Source: a virus
Lineage: Duplodnaviria; Caudoviricetes
Direction: 5' to 3' (one strand)
Length of the DNA: 43,280 nt
Virus record (IMG/VR): IMGVR_UViG_3300009435_000016
Coordinates: 1 to 43,280 of that record
The notes under the pieces were generated by a model. The model did no database searches. It was not told where the DNA came from and was given only the letters and a program-made list of their open reading frames with translations. Below are positions 1 to 9,498 of the stretch, one piece after another; positions within the stretch are counted from its first letter, which is position 1; each line of letters opens with the position of its first letter. The position numbers and the translations under genes are program-made.

Positions 1-1161
1 GGTAGCTCCAGTACTTAGTAGTACGGCAGCAGCTCCTACGACATGCGGGGTGGCCATGCTAGTACCTTGGAAGTAGTTATACTTGCCATCGATAGTCGCT
101 TGGAGAACTCCACCTTCTTCGCCTTTGCTTTTGTCGCCACCTGGTGCGGCGATATCTACGCCTTTACCATGAGAGCTATAGAAGCTAAGCTTACCGTCAG
201 GTCCAGTGGCAGATACACCCATGGTCTCTTCGAGACCACCGGGATAAACGCATTCAGCGCGTCCGTCATTGCCGCAAGCAGCAATGACAAGGACACCCCT
301 GGCAGTAACCTTAGTAATGGCGTTGTGAATGACCTTAGAGTATCCACCACCGAGAGAGAGGTTGATGACTTGTGCGCCGTTGTCTGCGGCCCAGTCGATA
401 CCAGCGGCAATACCATCGGCAGAACCACTACCGTTGTCACTTAGGACTTTGACGGGTAGGATGGTTGCCTTTGGAGCTACGCCGGCAGTACCAACACCAT
501 TGTTGGTAGATTGGGCAATAGTACCAGCAACGTGGGTACCGTGACCTTGTCGGTCAGTCCAGTCTTTACTGTCTCGACCTGCAAAGTTGCGGCCTTCTAG
601 GATATGAGTATCCTTTAGGTCTGCGATGACTGTTACACCGGTATCGGCGACAGCCACGATGACACCTTTGCCTTGTGGAGTGTGAGCCCAACCGTAAGGT
701 GCGCCCATTGCATCCATGTGCCATTGTTTGGGGTACAGAGGGTCATTGACAGGTGCGCTGAAGACGTCACTCGTGTCAGGTACCCAACTGGTAGCATGCA
801 TCATCATACGAGGCTCTACGACCTCTACAAGTGGATGGTTTTCGAGGATTTGGATAGCAGCTGCGAGGTCCCAGACCTCGCCAGAGGCAAGAGCTTCGTC
901 CCATGCGTCTTCGTGTACCCAATCGAAATCAGAACCAAGAAGATTCTCGATTTCGTATAGGTCGTGTTCGGTACTACCGTCGACTAGGTCTACGATAAGA
1001 GTACCGGGTAGGGAGGGGGCGTATAGTTCAGGAAGTACCTCGTGAGGGGTATAGCTGACATTCTTGTCATCGTCATCATCGTCGTTACATTCTACGACTG
1101 CAACCATGAGGGGTACAATGAGCAGAAAGGCTTTGATTAGTCGAATTGCGACTGGCATCAT
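1..1161 (-). CDS. S8 subtilisin-family serine peptidase with hydrophobic N-terminus (runs off the window edge)
   Basis: Missing from the ORF track and translated by hand: NDPLYPKQW, VAVADTG (Asp), GHGTHVAGTIAQSTNN (His), AACGN (oxyanion), FQGTSMATPHVVG (Ser); GGAG upstream of ATG 1161. Confidence 0.95.
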   Translation of the reverse strand, partial: MMPVAIRLIKAFLLIVPLMVAVVECNDDDDDDKNVSYTPHEVLPELYAPSLPGTLIVDLVDGSTEHDLYEIENLLGSDFDWVHEDAWDEALASGEVWDLAAAIQILENHPLVEVVEPRMMMHATSWVPDTSDVFSAPVNDPLYPKQWHMDAMGAPYGWAHTPQGKGVIVAVADTGVTVIADLKDTHILEGRNFAGRDSKDWTDRQGHGTHVAGTIAQSTNNGVGTAGVAPKATILPVKVLSDNGSGSADGIAAGIDWAADNGAQVINLSLGGGYSKVIHNAITKVTARGVLVIAACGNDGRAECVYPGGLEETMGVSATGPDGKLSFYSSHGKGVDIAAPGGDKSKGEEGGVLQATIDGKYNYFQGTSMATPHVVGAAAVLLSTGAT

Positions 1162-1646
1162 AAGAGGCTCCAGGGGTTAGTGTTTATTCCTACTCTTAAA
1201 AGAGCAGATCTTGTCGAGTTTTTCGGGGGTACAAGACCCAATAGAAATAAAAAGACTAGGCGGCAAGACTTGCTCGTGTAAGAACAGGAGGAGGTGATGG
1301 ATTAACTATCGTCTTATTTACCATCGAGATCTAGCACACTGCCATAGTTTGTTTGCAACTCGCTGCCCTAAGGCTATCGCTTGATTATCAGCCACGCAAT
1401 AAGTTTTCACCTATAAGCGACCTACTTGCGATAGTCTTTGCTGTAACGTCTAAATAATTATAGAGTTGTACAACATGGACTTACTTTTTTGTTACTGACA
1501 TTCTATTTTAGAGAAGAGGAGCTATTATACCTAGCCAGGGGAGGACGTTAGCTTTGCGAACGATATCTGACCTTCCGCAGAGGGGTGATCTTCGCGCTAG
1601 ATCTAAGACTTGTTCTTAACTAGAGCACTCTCGGGATTCGAATACG

Positions 1647-2366
1647 CTATCCAGCAAAGCTAGAAATACGTGTCCAAAATTGTTGAAGTGGTGTGGGTGG
1701 TACAGGAATCAGACCAGATGCGGAGTGTCGCAAAGTGACACTCCGATTGGGACCGGGGTAACGGTTTTTTTCGTCTGTAGATACCTGTAGATTGTGCTTG
1801 TTGTTTTTGTTGAGTTTTACTTCGATGCGAATGTCGTTGTATTGTCGGAAGAGGACAACACCAGTTTCTGCACGGCCAGTTTTGGCTTTGTGGTGAACAA
1901 TAATGATGGAGATGTGCTGTGCCTTAGCTGCTTCAAGCAGCTTAGCCATAGCAGTACTTGGGTACGGCTCTCCTTCTTTCGCAGCCCAGTAATCGAGGCT
2001 ATCAATTACGTATAGAGTTCCTGGAACAAAGGGTGTGAATTCTTTGAGGTCCTCTCCGTACAGATAGCCATCGATATGCTCAGTATCTAGTTTGGTAACG
2101 AGATCTTTGAGCATAGGACCTGACATTTCGTAAGAGCGACACTCGATTTTAAGATCGAGATTATTCTTACCGATAGCATTTGCTAGTTGCAATGCTAGTC
2201 GTGTCTTACCAGTACCGGGTGGACCGGTAATGGTAATTTGAGTCCCAGCGGGTAGCATGTCAGGAGTTGCGCTAGTGAATTGGAACATACCTTCTAGTAG
2301 GTCGAAACCTACTTTGAATAGAGGGGGTGTTTCAACTGCATTTAATTCTGCAAGAGAATTGGCCAT
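1647..2366 (-). CDS. RecA-superfamily, RadA/Sms-like ATPase
   Basis: Walker A GPPGTGKT, Walker B LYVIDS, KNRY resembling RadA KNRFG; no Zn finger or Lon-like domain. Confidence 0.7.
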   Translation of the reverse strand: MANSLAELNAVETPPLFKVGFDLLEGMFQFTSATPDMLPAGTQITITGPPGTGKTRLALQLANAIGKNNLDLKIECRSYEMSGPMLKDLVTKLDTEHIDGYLYGEDLKEFTPFVPGTLYVIDSLDYWAAKEGEPYPSTAMAKLLEAAKAQHISIIIVHHKAKTGRAETGVVLFRQYNDIRIEVKLNKNNKHNLQVSTDEKNRYPGPNRSVTLRHSASGLIPVPPTPLQQFWTRISSFAG

Positions 2367-2385
2367 CAGCGCTCCTGGTTAGTCT

Positions 2386-4089
2386 TTACACTCGTTTGCC
2401 AAGTTTGAGTTTGGTAACGTCGAGTAATGTTTGGATTTCTTCTGTAGTGAGATTCTCATATCGAGGTGGAAGCATTTTCTTTGAACTGCTTTCGAAGACA
2501 GCCAGTAGTTCCATGTAGTCAAGCATGTCGGTATCTCTGCTTTTGACAATGTCGAGAGCAGATTGATCGAGATGTTCTTGAGTAACAAAGGTACTATTTT
2601 CTTCAGCTGCCGAGTTATTGGCATTGAGGAGAACGGCTTCTAGCTCTGCACCAGAGTATCCTTCTGTATTAGCAACAGCGAAGGTCCAGTCGATTGCCGG
2701 ATTTAGCAAGAGCTTATTCTTGCGAACAAGTGCTTCCAAAATAGATTGGCGCTCGGTGGGAGTTTCTGGAAAGAAGAATGGAATCTTCATATCAAAGCGA
2801 CCAGGTCTCTTGAGATCTGTATCGAGCATGTCTGGGCGGTTGGTCATCATCATGATGACTACACGACCACGGTGACTAGTGTCGCTCATAAACTCTTTGA
2901 GTCGGGCGATGAGACGGCTATTGACACCGCCATCGCTAGCGTTGCTAGAGAGTGTACGGTCTGCTTCGTCAATGATGAGCAAGACATAACCAAGGGAGTC
3001 TACAAGACTAAGGACTTTATCGAGATTACGTTCGGTGTTACCGACGTATTGTCCTCGAATATTGCCTAGTTTGAGACAGGTGAGTCCCGATTCAGCAGCA
3101 AAGGCTTGAGCAATGAAGGTTTTGCCTGTGCCCATAGGGCCTACGAAGATCATACCCATGGGTACTCGATTCGTTTGTCCTGTTTTGACAGCATCTGCGA
3201 TACGCATGAGATCGTGCTTTACAGCTGCCATACCGCCTACATGACTGAAGTCATGAGTAGGAGGAATGAATTCAACGAGACCATTGCATTCTTTCTCGAT
3301 GATACGCTTTTTGCGACTAGCCACCATTACGAAGTCTAGTGGTTTCTCACTACGTCGAGCACCCTTGAATAGGGAGTCAATTTGAAGAAGAGTCAACCCT
3401 GCGGTTACCTTAGAGAGTGGGCCAGTGCCCATTGAAAGGTTCACTCCATTGAGGGGGATACTGTCTACGAAGTGTTTGCGATCTGCTTCTTCTGGCAAGC
3501 TGATATTGATCGTTGCGAGTTGAGGAGATGCAACAAAGCGCTCGGCTACATCAGCGAGATTTTGCGTAATGATAATGATCAAGTTATCAGTAGCAAGAAA
3601 ATCTGCATCAGTAGACCATTGCTGGAGAGCAACCAGGTTGGCTTTGTCTTCGTCTGTAGCGTGGCCCATATCTTTGCTAGGAGCTACCATCTCGAAGAAA
3701 TCCATAATCACTGCGGAGTTGATGGATTGATTGGCAACGAGTTGCTGTACTTGGGCAAGTACAGTTGTAGTAGCTTTAGGCAGTTGCGTGACAGGAGGAG
3801 TAAGTCGTAGCTTGCGACGTGTTTCGTTAACACTTTTCAAGAAGAGGTTTTCTTGATCTCGATTAAGAAAGGTGAGGCCTTTACTTACGTTGTGGTAACC
3901 CACAACCTCTTTACTATTGCTAAGGAATAGTTCTAGGAAGGTACGGATGTTAGTAAAGCGTTGCTTTCCATCTTGCTCGAAGGCTTGCAAGTCGCGTACA
4001 TTTCCGTGGACAACAAAGATACTAGCTTCTCCAGCTAGGTATTGGTTTTTTAGGTCTTCTGCCCAGGCGGGGATGCGAGTCAACGTCAT
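2386..4089 (-). CDS. AAA+ ATPase with degenerate N-terminal module
   Basis: FSHVGGM, Walker A GPMGTGKT, Walker B LLIIDEAD, SRH MTNRPDMLDTDLKRPGRFD, GYSGAELE. Confidence 0.92.
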   Translation of the reverse strand: MTLTRIPAWAEDLKNQYLAGEASIFVVHGNVRDLQAFEQDGKQRFTNIRTFLELFLSNSKEVVGYHNVSKGLTFLNRDQENLFLKSVNETRRKLRLTPPVTQLPKATTTVLAQVQQLVANQSINSAVIMDFFEMVAPSKDMGHATDEDKANLVALQQWSTDADFLATDNLIIIITQNLADVAERFVASPQLATINISLPEEADRKHFVDSIPLNGVNLSMGTGPLSKVTAGLTLLQIDSLFKGARRSEKPLDFVMVASRKKRIIEKECNGLVEFIPPTHDFSHVGGMAAVKHDLMRIADAVKTGQTNRVPMGMIFVGPMGTGKTFIAQAFAAESGLTCLKLGNIRGQYVGNTERNLDKVLSLVDSLGYVLLIIDEADRTLSSNASDGGVNSRLIARLKEFMSDTSHRGRVVIMMMTNRPDMLDTDLKRPGRFDMKIPFFFPETPTERQSILEALVRKNKLLLNPAIDWTFAVANTEGYSGAELEAVLLNANNSAAEENSTFVTQEHLDQSALDIVKSRDTDMLDYMELLAVFESSSKKMLPPRYENLTTEEIQTLLDVTKLKLGKRV

Positions 4090-4222
4090 TACTACTCCAT
4101 AGTGGAACTGTTCTTTGAATACTGCTGCATGAGCAGCAGCAGCGTAGGGGGTTTGACAGTGGGTACTACTGTCGGAGATTTTGAATCATTATGATTTGCG
4201 AGAATGTATTTCTCGGAGGGAG

Positions 4223-4309
4223 TTATCTCTTGTCTTCTTGTCTGAGTATAATGTTGATACCCAATACAATCAATGAGAAGAGGGTGATGAAAACTGCTAA
4301 GTGATACAT
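4223..4309 (-). CDS. small membrane peptide (28 aa)
   Basis: MYHLAVFITLFSLIVLGINIILRQEDKR; TGATG overlap with upstream ORF. Confidence 0.45.
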   Translation of the reverse strand: MYHLAVFITLFSLIVLGINIILRQEDKR

Positions 4310-4425
4310 CAGGATATCTTGCGAAGGAATTTGAGAAGAGCTTTGAGGGTCTTCATGCAGGATTCCCAGAATGCGAAGAAATGCTTGTACAGGAAGTCTG
4401 AGATGTAGTTGTAAATAGTCTTCAT
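4309..4425 (-). CDS. small hypothetical peptide (38 aa)
   Basis: MKTIYNYISDFLYKHFFAFWESCMKTLKALLKFLRKIS; GGAG upstream. Confidence 0.5.
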   Translation of the reverse strand: MKTIYNYISDFLYKHFFAFWESCMKTLKALLKFLRKIS

Positions 4426-4610
4426 TGTAGCTCCATGATAGATGGGTTGGGGCACCTGATAACCGTGTGCCCCCCTGTCGGAGATTGCGCGCTAAATTTA
4501 TTCTGATAGACCAACACCACTCTATCAGATTTAGTATTCATACTAATTACTGCCCATAGGCAACGCGCCAGTAGTTCCGCCCGGAACTACTTTTGTTTTA
4601 GGTATTGTTG

Positions 4611-5840
4611 TTACTTGGTTTGAAGATCCAAGTTGAGATCCTTGGCAGCTTGTAGTGTCATCAGCTGAACGAAATCGTTAGCCGAGCCACCGTTGCCGCT
4701 AGATCCCATTACTACGTTAGGTACAACTTGGGTAGTTGCAAGAGCCTTAGCCCAGTTAGCCTGGACTCGCTCATAAGTAGCTAGCTTCTGCTTGAGTGCA
4801 CCATCTGCCTGCATAACTGCACGCTTACGGGCACCTTCGCCTTCGCCAATTAGTCGCTGCTCTTCTTTGAAGAGCTTAGCGGATTCTGTGGCCAAGCGCT
4901 GAACTTCAAGTCGCTTGTTGGCGTCAAGAGCTGCAACATCTGCATCTCGCTCAGCCTTGGTAACTTGGACAGCCTTTTCGACTTCTTGTTCCCATCGTGC
5001 GGTTGCGGCATCTGCCTTACCTCGTTCTTCTGCGGTGATTGCATCTTGCTCTGCCTGAAGGCTACGAGCCTTAGAAGTCTGGATGGCCATAGTCATTTCG
5101 CGTTGTGCGTCGATTTGACGTTGAACGTCTTCGTCGTAGCGAATGCCATTGAGTACAAGATTGCGAGTTTGGATACCGAATTCTTCGAAAGGACTGTTTT
5201 CCTGTCGAAGTGGGATGCCATCGGAAGTTGTTACGATCTTGGTAATCTTAACAACGGTGTCTTCACCAGTTAGAGTATCTACAGTAGTAGTCTCTTGAAC
5301 GGTAGTCTTGTATGTACCATTTTGAGTTTGGTCTTGAACGAAATCAATAAGCTCACCGCGTCGAGCGGCATAGCTTTCGGTACTACTCATCAGGGGACCT
5401 GACATGTAGATGGATTTCTCGATAGTAGGGATGACCAAAGCCTCGTGTACTGCAGATGGAGAGCGGTACTTGGTGTGAAGGGCAACCATGCTATCGTAGT
5501 CGCTAGGTAGGTCGTATCGCATACTTCCACTTACCCAAGCCTTGCCGCCATCGTTAAATCGAGTGGTGGCGCTGGTATCCGTGGAGTGTTCCTCGGTAGG
5601 AAGAGTGAACCAGACCTGTTGACTTTTGGTATAGGTGGTTACTTGTCCGAAGCCTTGAAAATGGAGACCGGGGTCTGCCCAAACGTGTAGTTCTCCATCG
5701 ATTGGATCTTGAAGCACTACAGTTTCGCCTGCGTCGACACGTTCGACGAGGCTACCGGCACTCATGACAAGGACAAAACCAAGGAGGAGGGTAGAGAAGA
5801 CACCGATAGCGGCGCGTTCTCGGGATAAAAGATTACTCAT
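4611..5840 (-). CDS. SPFH/band-7 (prohibitin/flotillin-like) membrane protein
   Basis: N-terminal TM, VDAGETVV..PGLHF, SPFH core, long Ala/Glu-rich coiled coil, C-terminal VPNVVMG. Confidence 0.85.
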   Translation of the reverse strand: MSNLLSRERAAIGVFSTLLLGFVLVMSAGSLVERVDAGETVVLQDPIDGELHVWADPGLHFQGFGQVTTYTKSQQVWFTLPTEEHSTDTSATTRFNDGGKAWVSGSMRYDLPSDYDSMVALHTKYRSPSAVHEALVIPTIEKSIYMSGPLMSSTESYAARRGELIDFVQDQTQNGTYKTTVQETTTVDTLTGEDTVVKITKIVTTSDGIPLRQENSPFEEFGIQTRNLVLNGIRYDEDVQRQIDAQREMTMAIQTSKARSLQAEQDAITAEERGKADAATARWEQEVEKAVQVTKAERDADVAALDANKRLEVQRLATESAKLFKEEQRLIGEGEGARKRAVMQADGALKQKLATYERVQANWAKALATTQVVPNVVMGSSGNGGSANDFVQLMTLQAAKDLNLDLQTK

Positions 5841-6121
5841 GTATTGTTTACTTTGTTTGTAATGTTTTTGAGTTCGCTCTTGATTGAGCGAAGTTGATGA
5901 CTGACGATAACTTGCTCCAAGCCGTCAGACACTTCTTGTTCTGCACGCAAATGATCAACTGTTGAATCTAGTTCAGAAATAAGTGTCTCTGTATTAGTTT
6001 TGGGTACCTTTGTCTTGAACATTGGAAACAGTGGTTGATGTGCCATCCAGGGGATGGTAATTTGTGTTGTGAAGTACAGCATGAAAAGACATGCTGAAAG
6101 GACTAGGAGTAATGACAGCAT
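5837..6121 (-). CDS. small membrane protein coupled to the SPFH gene
   Basis: N-terminal TM plus coiled coil; ATGA overlap with SPFH start. Confidence 0.7.
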   Translation of the reverse strand: MLSLLLVLSACLFMLYFTTQITIPWMAHQPLFPMFKTKVPKTNTETLISELDSTVDHLRAEQEVSDGLEQVIVSHQLRSIKSELKNITNKVNNT

Positions 6122-6136
6122 ATGGTTCCTGTTTGA

Positions 6137-6535
6137 CTAGACCAGTGCGCGAATGCGCTCTGGAGTCATGACTCGGCGATATTGATAAATCTTATTATCC
6201 AAGATAGCTAATTCGTGCTTTTCAATAAAAGCACGAACATGGGTAGCGCAATTGCTTGTCCATTGTCCAGGTACTCCATCTTGGTAGAGGAGGTAGGTAC
6301 GAACAAGGAATGGTAGGTTGAGCCCCCAATTTTGCTGAGCGTCTCCAATGTTGTGACATGAATTATCGCGCTTAGCAATAGTCTTCGACTTTTTGGAATT
6401 TTGACGTGAACGTTTTGATTTGGTATTGCTACCAGATGCTGCGTACGACTCGTAGAGACGTTGGTTGTTTTCGCGACGCGCTCGTTTTTCGTGAAGACGA
6501 CGTTGCTTTGCTTTGTTAATGCTTTTCTTGCTCAT
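6137..6535 (-). CDS. hypothetical basic protein
   Basis: 132-aa ORF, Lys/Arg-rich N-half, AGGA RBS. Confidence 0.7.
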   Translation of the reverse strand: MSKKSINKAKQRRLHEKRARRENNQRLYESYAASGSNTKSKRSRQNSKKSKTIAKRDNSCHNIGDAQQNWGLNLPFLVRTYLLYQDGVPGQWTSNCATHVRAFIEKHELAILDNKIYQYRRVMTPERIRALV

Positions 6536-6590
6536 GAGTTTTCCTACAACAGAAGATGTTTGGGAGGGGGTGGGTATTCATCTCTTTGTT

Positions 6591-7133
6591 TCAAAGAGGA
6601 TAAGTTTCTAGGTGTTGTGAGATGCCATCTAAGTTCCAACCTCCATTGGAGTAGTTGGGGTTCATAAGATGGCCTTTTGTGTCGGTGTGTTTGTAGCCAA
6701 GGCTATGTCCAGCTTCGTGAGTAATGACCCGAAGGTTCCATCGCCAGAGTTCAATACGAGAGTATTGAATGCATTTTGGATTATCAGGCTGAGGAGTAGC
6801 AACAGCCATACCCAAACTGTTGCCATCCTTGTTGTGTTCCAGGAAACACAAGGGCTTTCCAATCGTAATGGCGCCTATAGTAGCGGCGCATTCATTATCG
6901 CACTGCATCTTAACGATGCGTGGATTGTTATGCCCAATTAGTCTGAACGCTGTGTCTGCTTGCATTTGATCGATAGCGATTTGGTTTTCGCAGATAATAA
7001 TATCTGGAGTGGTACACCAGTGTATGGGTTGGGTAAGAGTTACAGTGTGTGCTTGTGCGTTGACCTCGGAGAGGGATAACACTGGAGTATCAGAAGACTG
7101 ACATCCCAGCATTATCAAGAGTAAGGAGAACAT
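6591..7133 (-). CDS. matrixin-like (metzincin) Zn metalloprotease, predicted lipoprotein
   Basis: HEAGHSLGYKH = HExxHxxGxxH, Met-turn LMNP, lipobox-like IMLGC. Confidence 0.85.
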   Translation of the reverse strand: MFSLLLIMLGCQSSDTPVLSLSEVNAQAHTVTLTQPIHWCTTPDIIICENQIAIDQMQADTAFRLIGHNNPRIVKMQCDNECAATIGAITIGKPLCFLEHNKDGNSLGMAVATPQPDNPKCIQYSRIELWRWNLRVITHEAGHSLGYKHTDTKGHLMNPNYSNGGWNLDGISQHLETYPL

Positions 7134-7147
7134 AGAGTATGTCTCCT

Positions 7148-7339
7148 TTACCCTTGACCCTCTGCAAGGCAGCGGAAATCAACGATGTTGTCGTTGCCCC
7201 ATTCTTTACGAGCTACTAGATGTAGTTCGCTAGGAGTGAGCTTACGGCCACCTAGTGTGAATGGGATGAATTCTAGACGACCTCGTCTGGGAATAGCGCG
7301 TAGTACGTTACAGTCGAAACTGTATTCAATCTTGTACAT
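7148..7339 (-). CDS. hypothetical protein
   Basis: 63-aa co-oriented ORF filling the gap. Confidence 0.55.
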   Translation of the reverse strand: MYKIEYSFDCNVLRAIPRRGRLEFIPFTLGGRKLTPSELHLVARKEWGNDNIVDFRCLAEGQG

Positions 7340-7389
7340 TAAGTACTCTGTGAATGATGTGATAGTTCATAGGCACTATCACTAAAGCC

Positions 7390-8082
7390 TTAGTAGCTGT
7401 CGTTTTCGGCAGTACGGTTTAGATATGCTTTTGTTGCATTGCCAATATGCTCAAGATCGAGAATACCAGCTTCTTTGAGTTCTGCTTTTGCAGCTTGAAG
7501 TTCTTCATACATTGCAAGAGTAGAACTCTTTTCAATGTCTGCATTGTTAAGGACGTCGGCCTCGACAATAGCATCAGTAAGTTTTGCGATACGTGCTTTT
7601 TGAGCTTTTTGCTGTGTTTGATATTGTCTATTCAGAGCATTGGTTACATCTGAAACGGTTACACCTTTATTAAGTATGCGTTCCATGTCGCAACTAAACC
7701 AATAGTCAGTGTGCGTTCCATAGCGTTCGATAATATGTTTACCAGTTAGCTTGGGATGAGCATAGCCTTTGATTTCTGATTGGTGTTTGAGTGTAGTTCC
7801 TAGCCAAAGGTATGTAACTGCAGTCCTGTACAAGCCAAAAAGAACGAAGGGTATGATAGCAGCAAGTGCACCCCAAGGGCCGACGATTGCAGCAGCAAAT
7901 ACTACTAGGCCTGCAAGACTATAGACTAATTGTTTGGATTCTTCTGTGAAGCACCAAGCCTGTAGCCTGTTGGAGGGTATTTTAAACTTACCTAGATTTT
8001 CAGTTTTCCACTTTTTGCAGAGGGGTTGAAAGATAGCGATGTTGAGTTGTTCTTTTGTTTTGGCAATTTCGTCATCAGACAT
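7390..8082 (-). CDS. hypothetical membrane protein (2 TM plus coiled coil)
   Basis: Start moved to MSDDEI (GGAGG RBS); hydrophobic hairpin in the N-terminal half. Confidence 0.7.
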   Translation of the reverse strand: MSDDEIAKTKEQLNIAIFQPLCKKWKTENLGKFKIPSNRLQAWCFTEESKQLVYSLAGLVVFAAAIVGPWGALAAIIPFVLFGLYRTAVTYLWLGTTLKHQSEIKGYAHPKLTGKHIIERYGTHTDYWFSCDMERILNKGVTVSDVTNALNRQYQTQQKAQKARIAKLTDAIVEADVLNNADIEKSSTLAMYEELQAAKAELKEAGILDLEHIGNATKAYLNRTAENDSY

Positions 8083-8239
8083 ATTGCCTCCACGAAGACA
8101 TATGGTGAGGTGTTGGTAAACATAGACCCCGCTAGGGGGTCTATGGCTCATTACTTCTTTGGGACGTCGTAGCTAACGTCGTTTTGTTATAGAGGCGAAG
8201 TCTGCCTCTTGTTGTGTTTCCGGTAACACAACGAAGGTG

Positions 8240-8887
8240 TTAGAAATCGATAGTGTGGGCTCGAACGTGCCGTGCGCCGTTGTAGTGCCATACTCCATCG
8301 ATATAAGTTTGCATTCCGCCTTCGGCGACATTGTGTCCAAAGAAATGATGCTTGATATCATGCTTTTGTTCTTTGAGTGCTGTTGCCAAACGGGGGATAC
8401 CCCATTGTCCTGATAGGATACCAGTAGGGGGAGCATGGGTGACTAGAACGTCAGGCATTGAGAACCAAACGTCTTCGACTAGATTGTCGAAGTCATGGAT
8501 TTCGCCTTCCCATTCTCCATCAAGGTATGGGATTTCGCGGAAGCCAGCCCATAGCTTGTTTTCAACAGGGATACCGGCGGTCTTAATAAGATGGGTATTG
8601 GCTCCGTAGTGGCTGATAACCTTATGCAAGGGGAGGAAGTCTTGATTGCCAGGGCAAATGATTGCCGGGCGTCCATCTAACCACTTGGTAATGCGTTGGC
8701 CAACTCCTTTGTGATTGCACCAGTGCAATTGATGTTGTCTTTCAGCTGTTGGTTGAACAGCCGCAAAGTTAGTATGGTTGGAATTAGCAAGGAAGTTTCC
8801 GGTATCGATCCAAAGATCGAATTCATCAGTGTAGCTAAGCAATAGCTCAAGGTCACCATGAAGGTCGCTGGAGTGTAGTACTCTCAT
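8240..8887 (-). CDS. calcineurin-like metallophosphoesterase with substituted active-site motifs
   Basis: SDLHG, TGNF (canonical GD), GNQD (canonical GNHD), THAPP, GHNV (canonical GHxH). Confidence 0.85.
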   Translation of the reverse strand: MRVLHSSDLHGDLELLLSYTDEFDLWIDTGNFLANSNHTNFAAVQPTAERQHQLHWCNHKGVGQRITKWLDGRPAIICPGNQDFLPLHKVISHYGANTHLIKTAGIPVENKLWAGFREIPYLDGEWEGEIHDFDNLVEDVWFSMPDVLVTHAPPTGILSGQWGIPRLATALKEQKHDIKHHFFGHNVAEGGMQTYIDGVWHYNGARHVRAHTIDF

Positions 8888-8894
8888 AAGAGCC

Positions 8895-9005
8895 TCAGAG
8901 GGTGAAGATTAGAAGGATTGTGAAGAGAGCCAGTCCGAATATAGTACCGAGTACAGAGACAGCAAATCCCGAAAGGATAAGATGAACTAGTTGGTCAGTT
9001 TGCAT
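8895..9005 (-). CDS. small membrane peptide (36 aa)
   Basis: MQTDQLVHLILSGFAVSVLGTIFGLALFTILLIFTL; AAGGA RBS. Confidence 0.55.
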   Translation of the reverse strand: MQTDQLVHLILSGFAVSVLGTIFGLALFTILLIFTL

Positions 9006-9046
9006 AGTGATTGTTCCTTAGAACTGACGGTGCGTAAGCCCGTCGA

Positions 9047-9367
9047 TCAAAGTATGGGTAATGGGTTTGTATTTAGAATAGCTAAAATTTTCTTACCCTC
9101 AGGTGTATCTTTTCCTTTTAGTGGCCTAGAGGCTAATTCACACCATGGAGACTTACCGATATAAAGCTGATGGCGGCCTGAGATGTTTCGGGGGACAATT
9201 TCCTGATAGCTGTTTATGTGCCAGTCGGTCTTAGCACTGTAGTATACGGCAATTGGTCGATGTCTTGTTGTTACAATAGTATTAGAGGGCATCTGCAACA
9301 ACTGTCGAATAAGTTCTTGGGCAGTAAAGATGTCGGCACGTAGGGTAAGCTTCGAGGGAGGGTTCAT
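9047..9367 (-). CDS. hypothetical protein
   Basis: 106-aa ORF with AAGGA RBS. Confidence 0.6.
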   Translation of the reverse strand: MNPPSKLTLRADIFTAQELIRQLLQMPSNTIVTTRHRPIAVYYSAKTDWHINSYQEIVPRNISGRHQLYIGKSPWCELASRPLKGKDTPEGKKILAILNTNPLPIL

Positions 9368-9454
9368 TGGGTCAAAATCCTTTCAAAATAAAAATATAGG
9401 ATTGCGATTGCATCGCTAAAGAACGGCTGAGCGTAAGCGAAGCTAGAGTTCTTT

Positions 9455-9493
9455 GTGAAATAAATAGGGAGTGAGCTATTGCTCACTCCCTAT
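9455..9493 (-). terminator. intrinsic terminator
   Basis: Perfect 13-bp stem ATAGGGAGTGAGC/GCTCACTCCCTAT followed on the minus strand by TTATTT, just after the stop of the 9499 ORF. Confidence 0.8.
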
Positions 9494-9498
9494 GGGTA

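Noticed and set aside
43-1045. Plus-strand ORFs and the short minus ORF 156-440
   Set aside because: Shadows or off-frame pieces of the subtilisin gene, which the track missed because it has no stop inside the window
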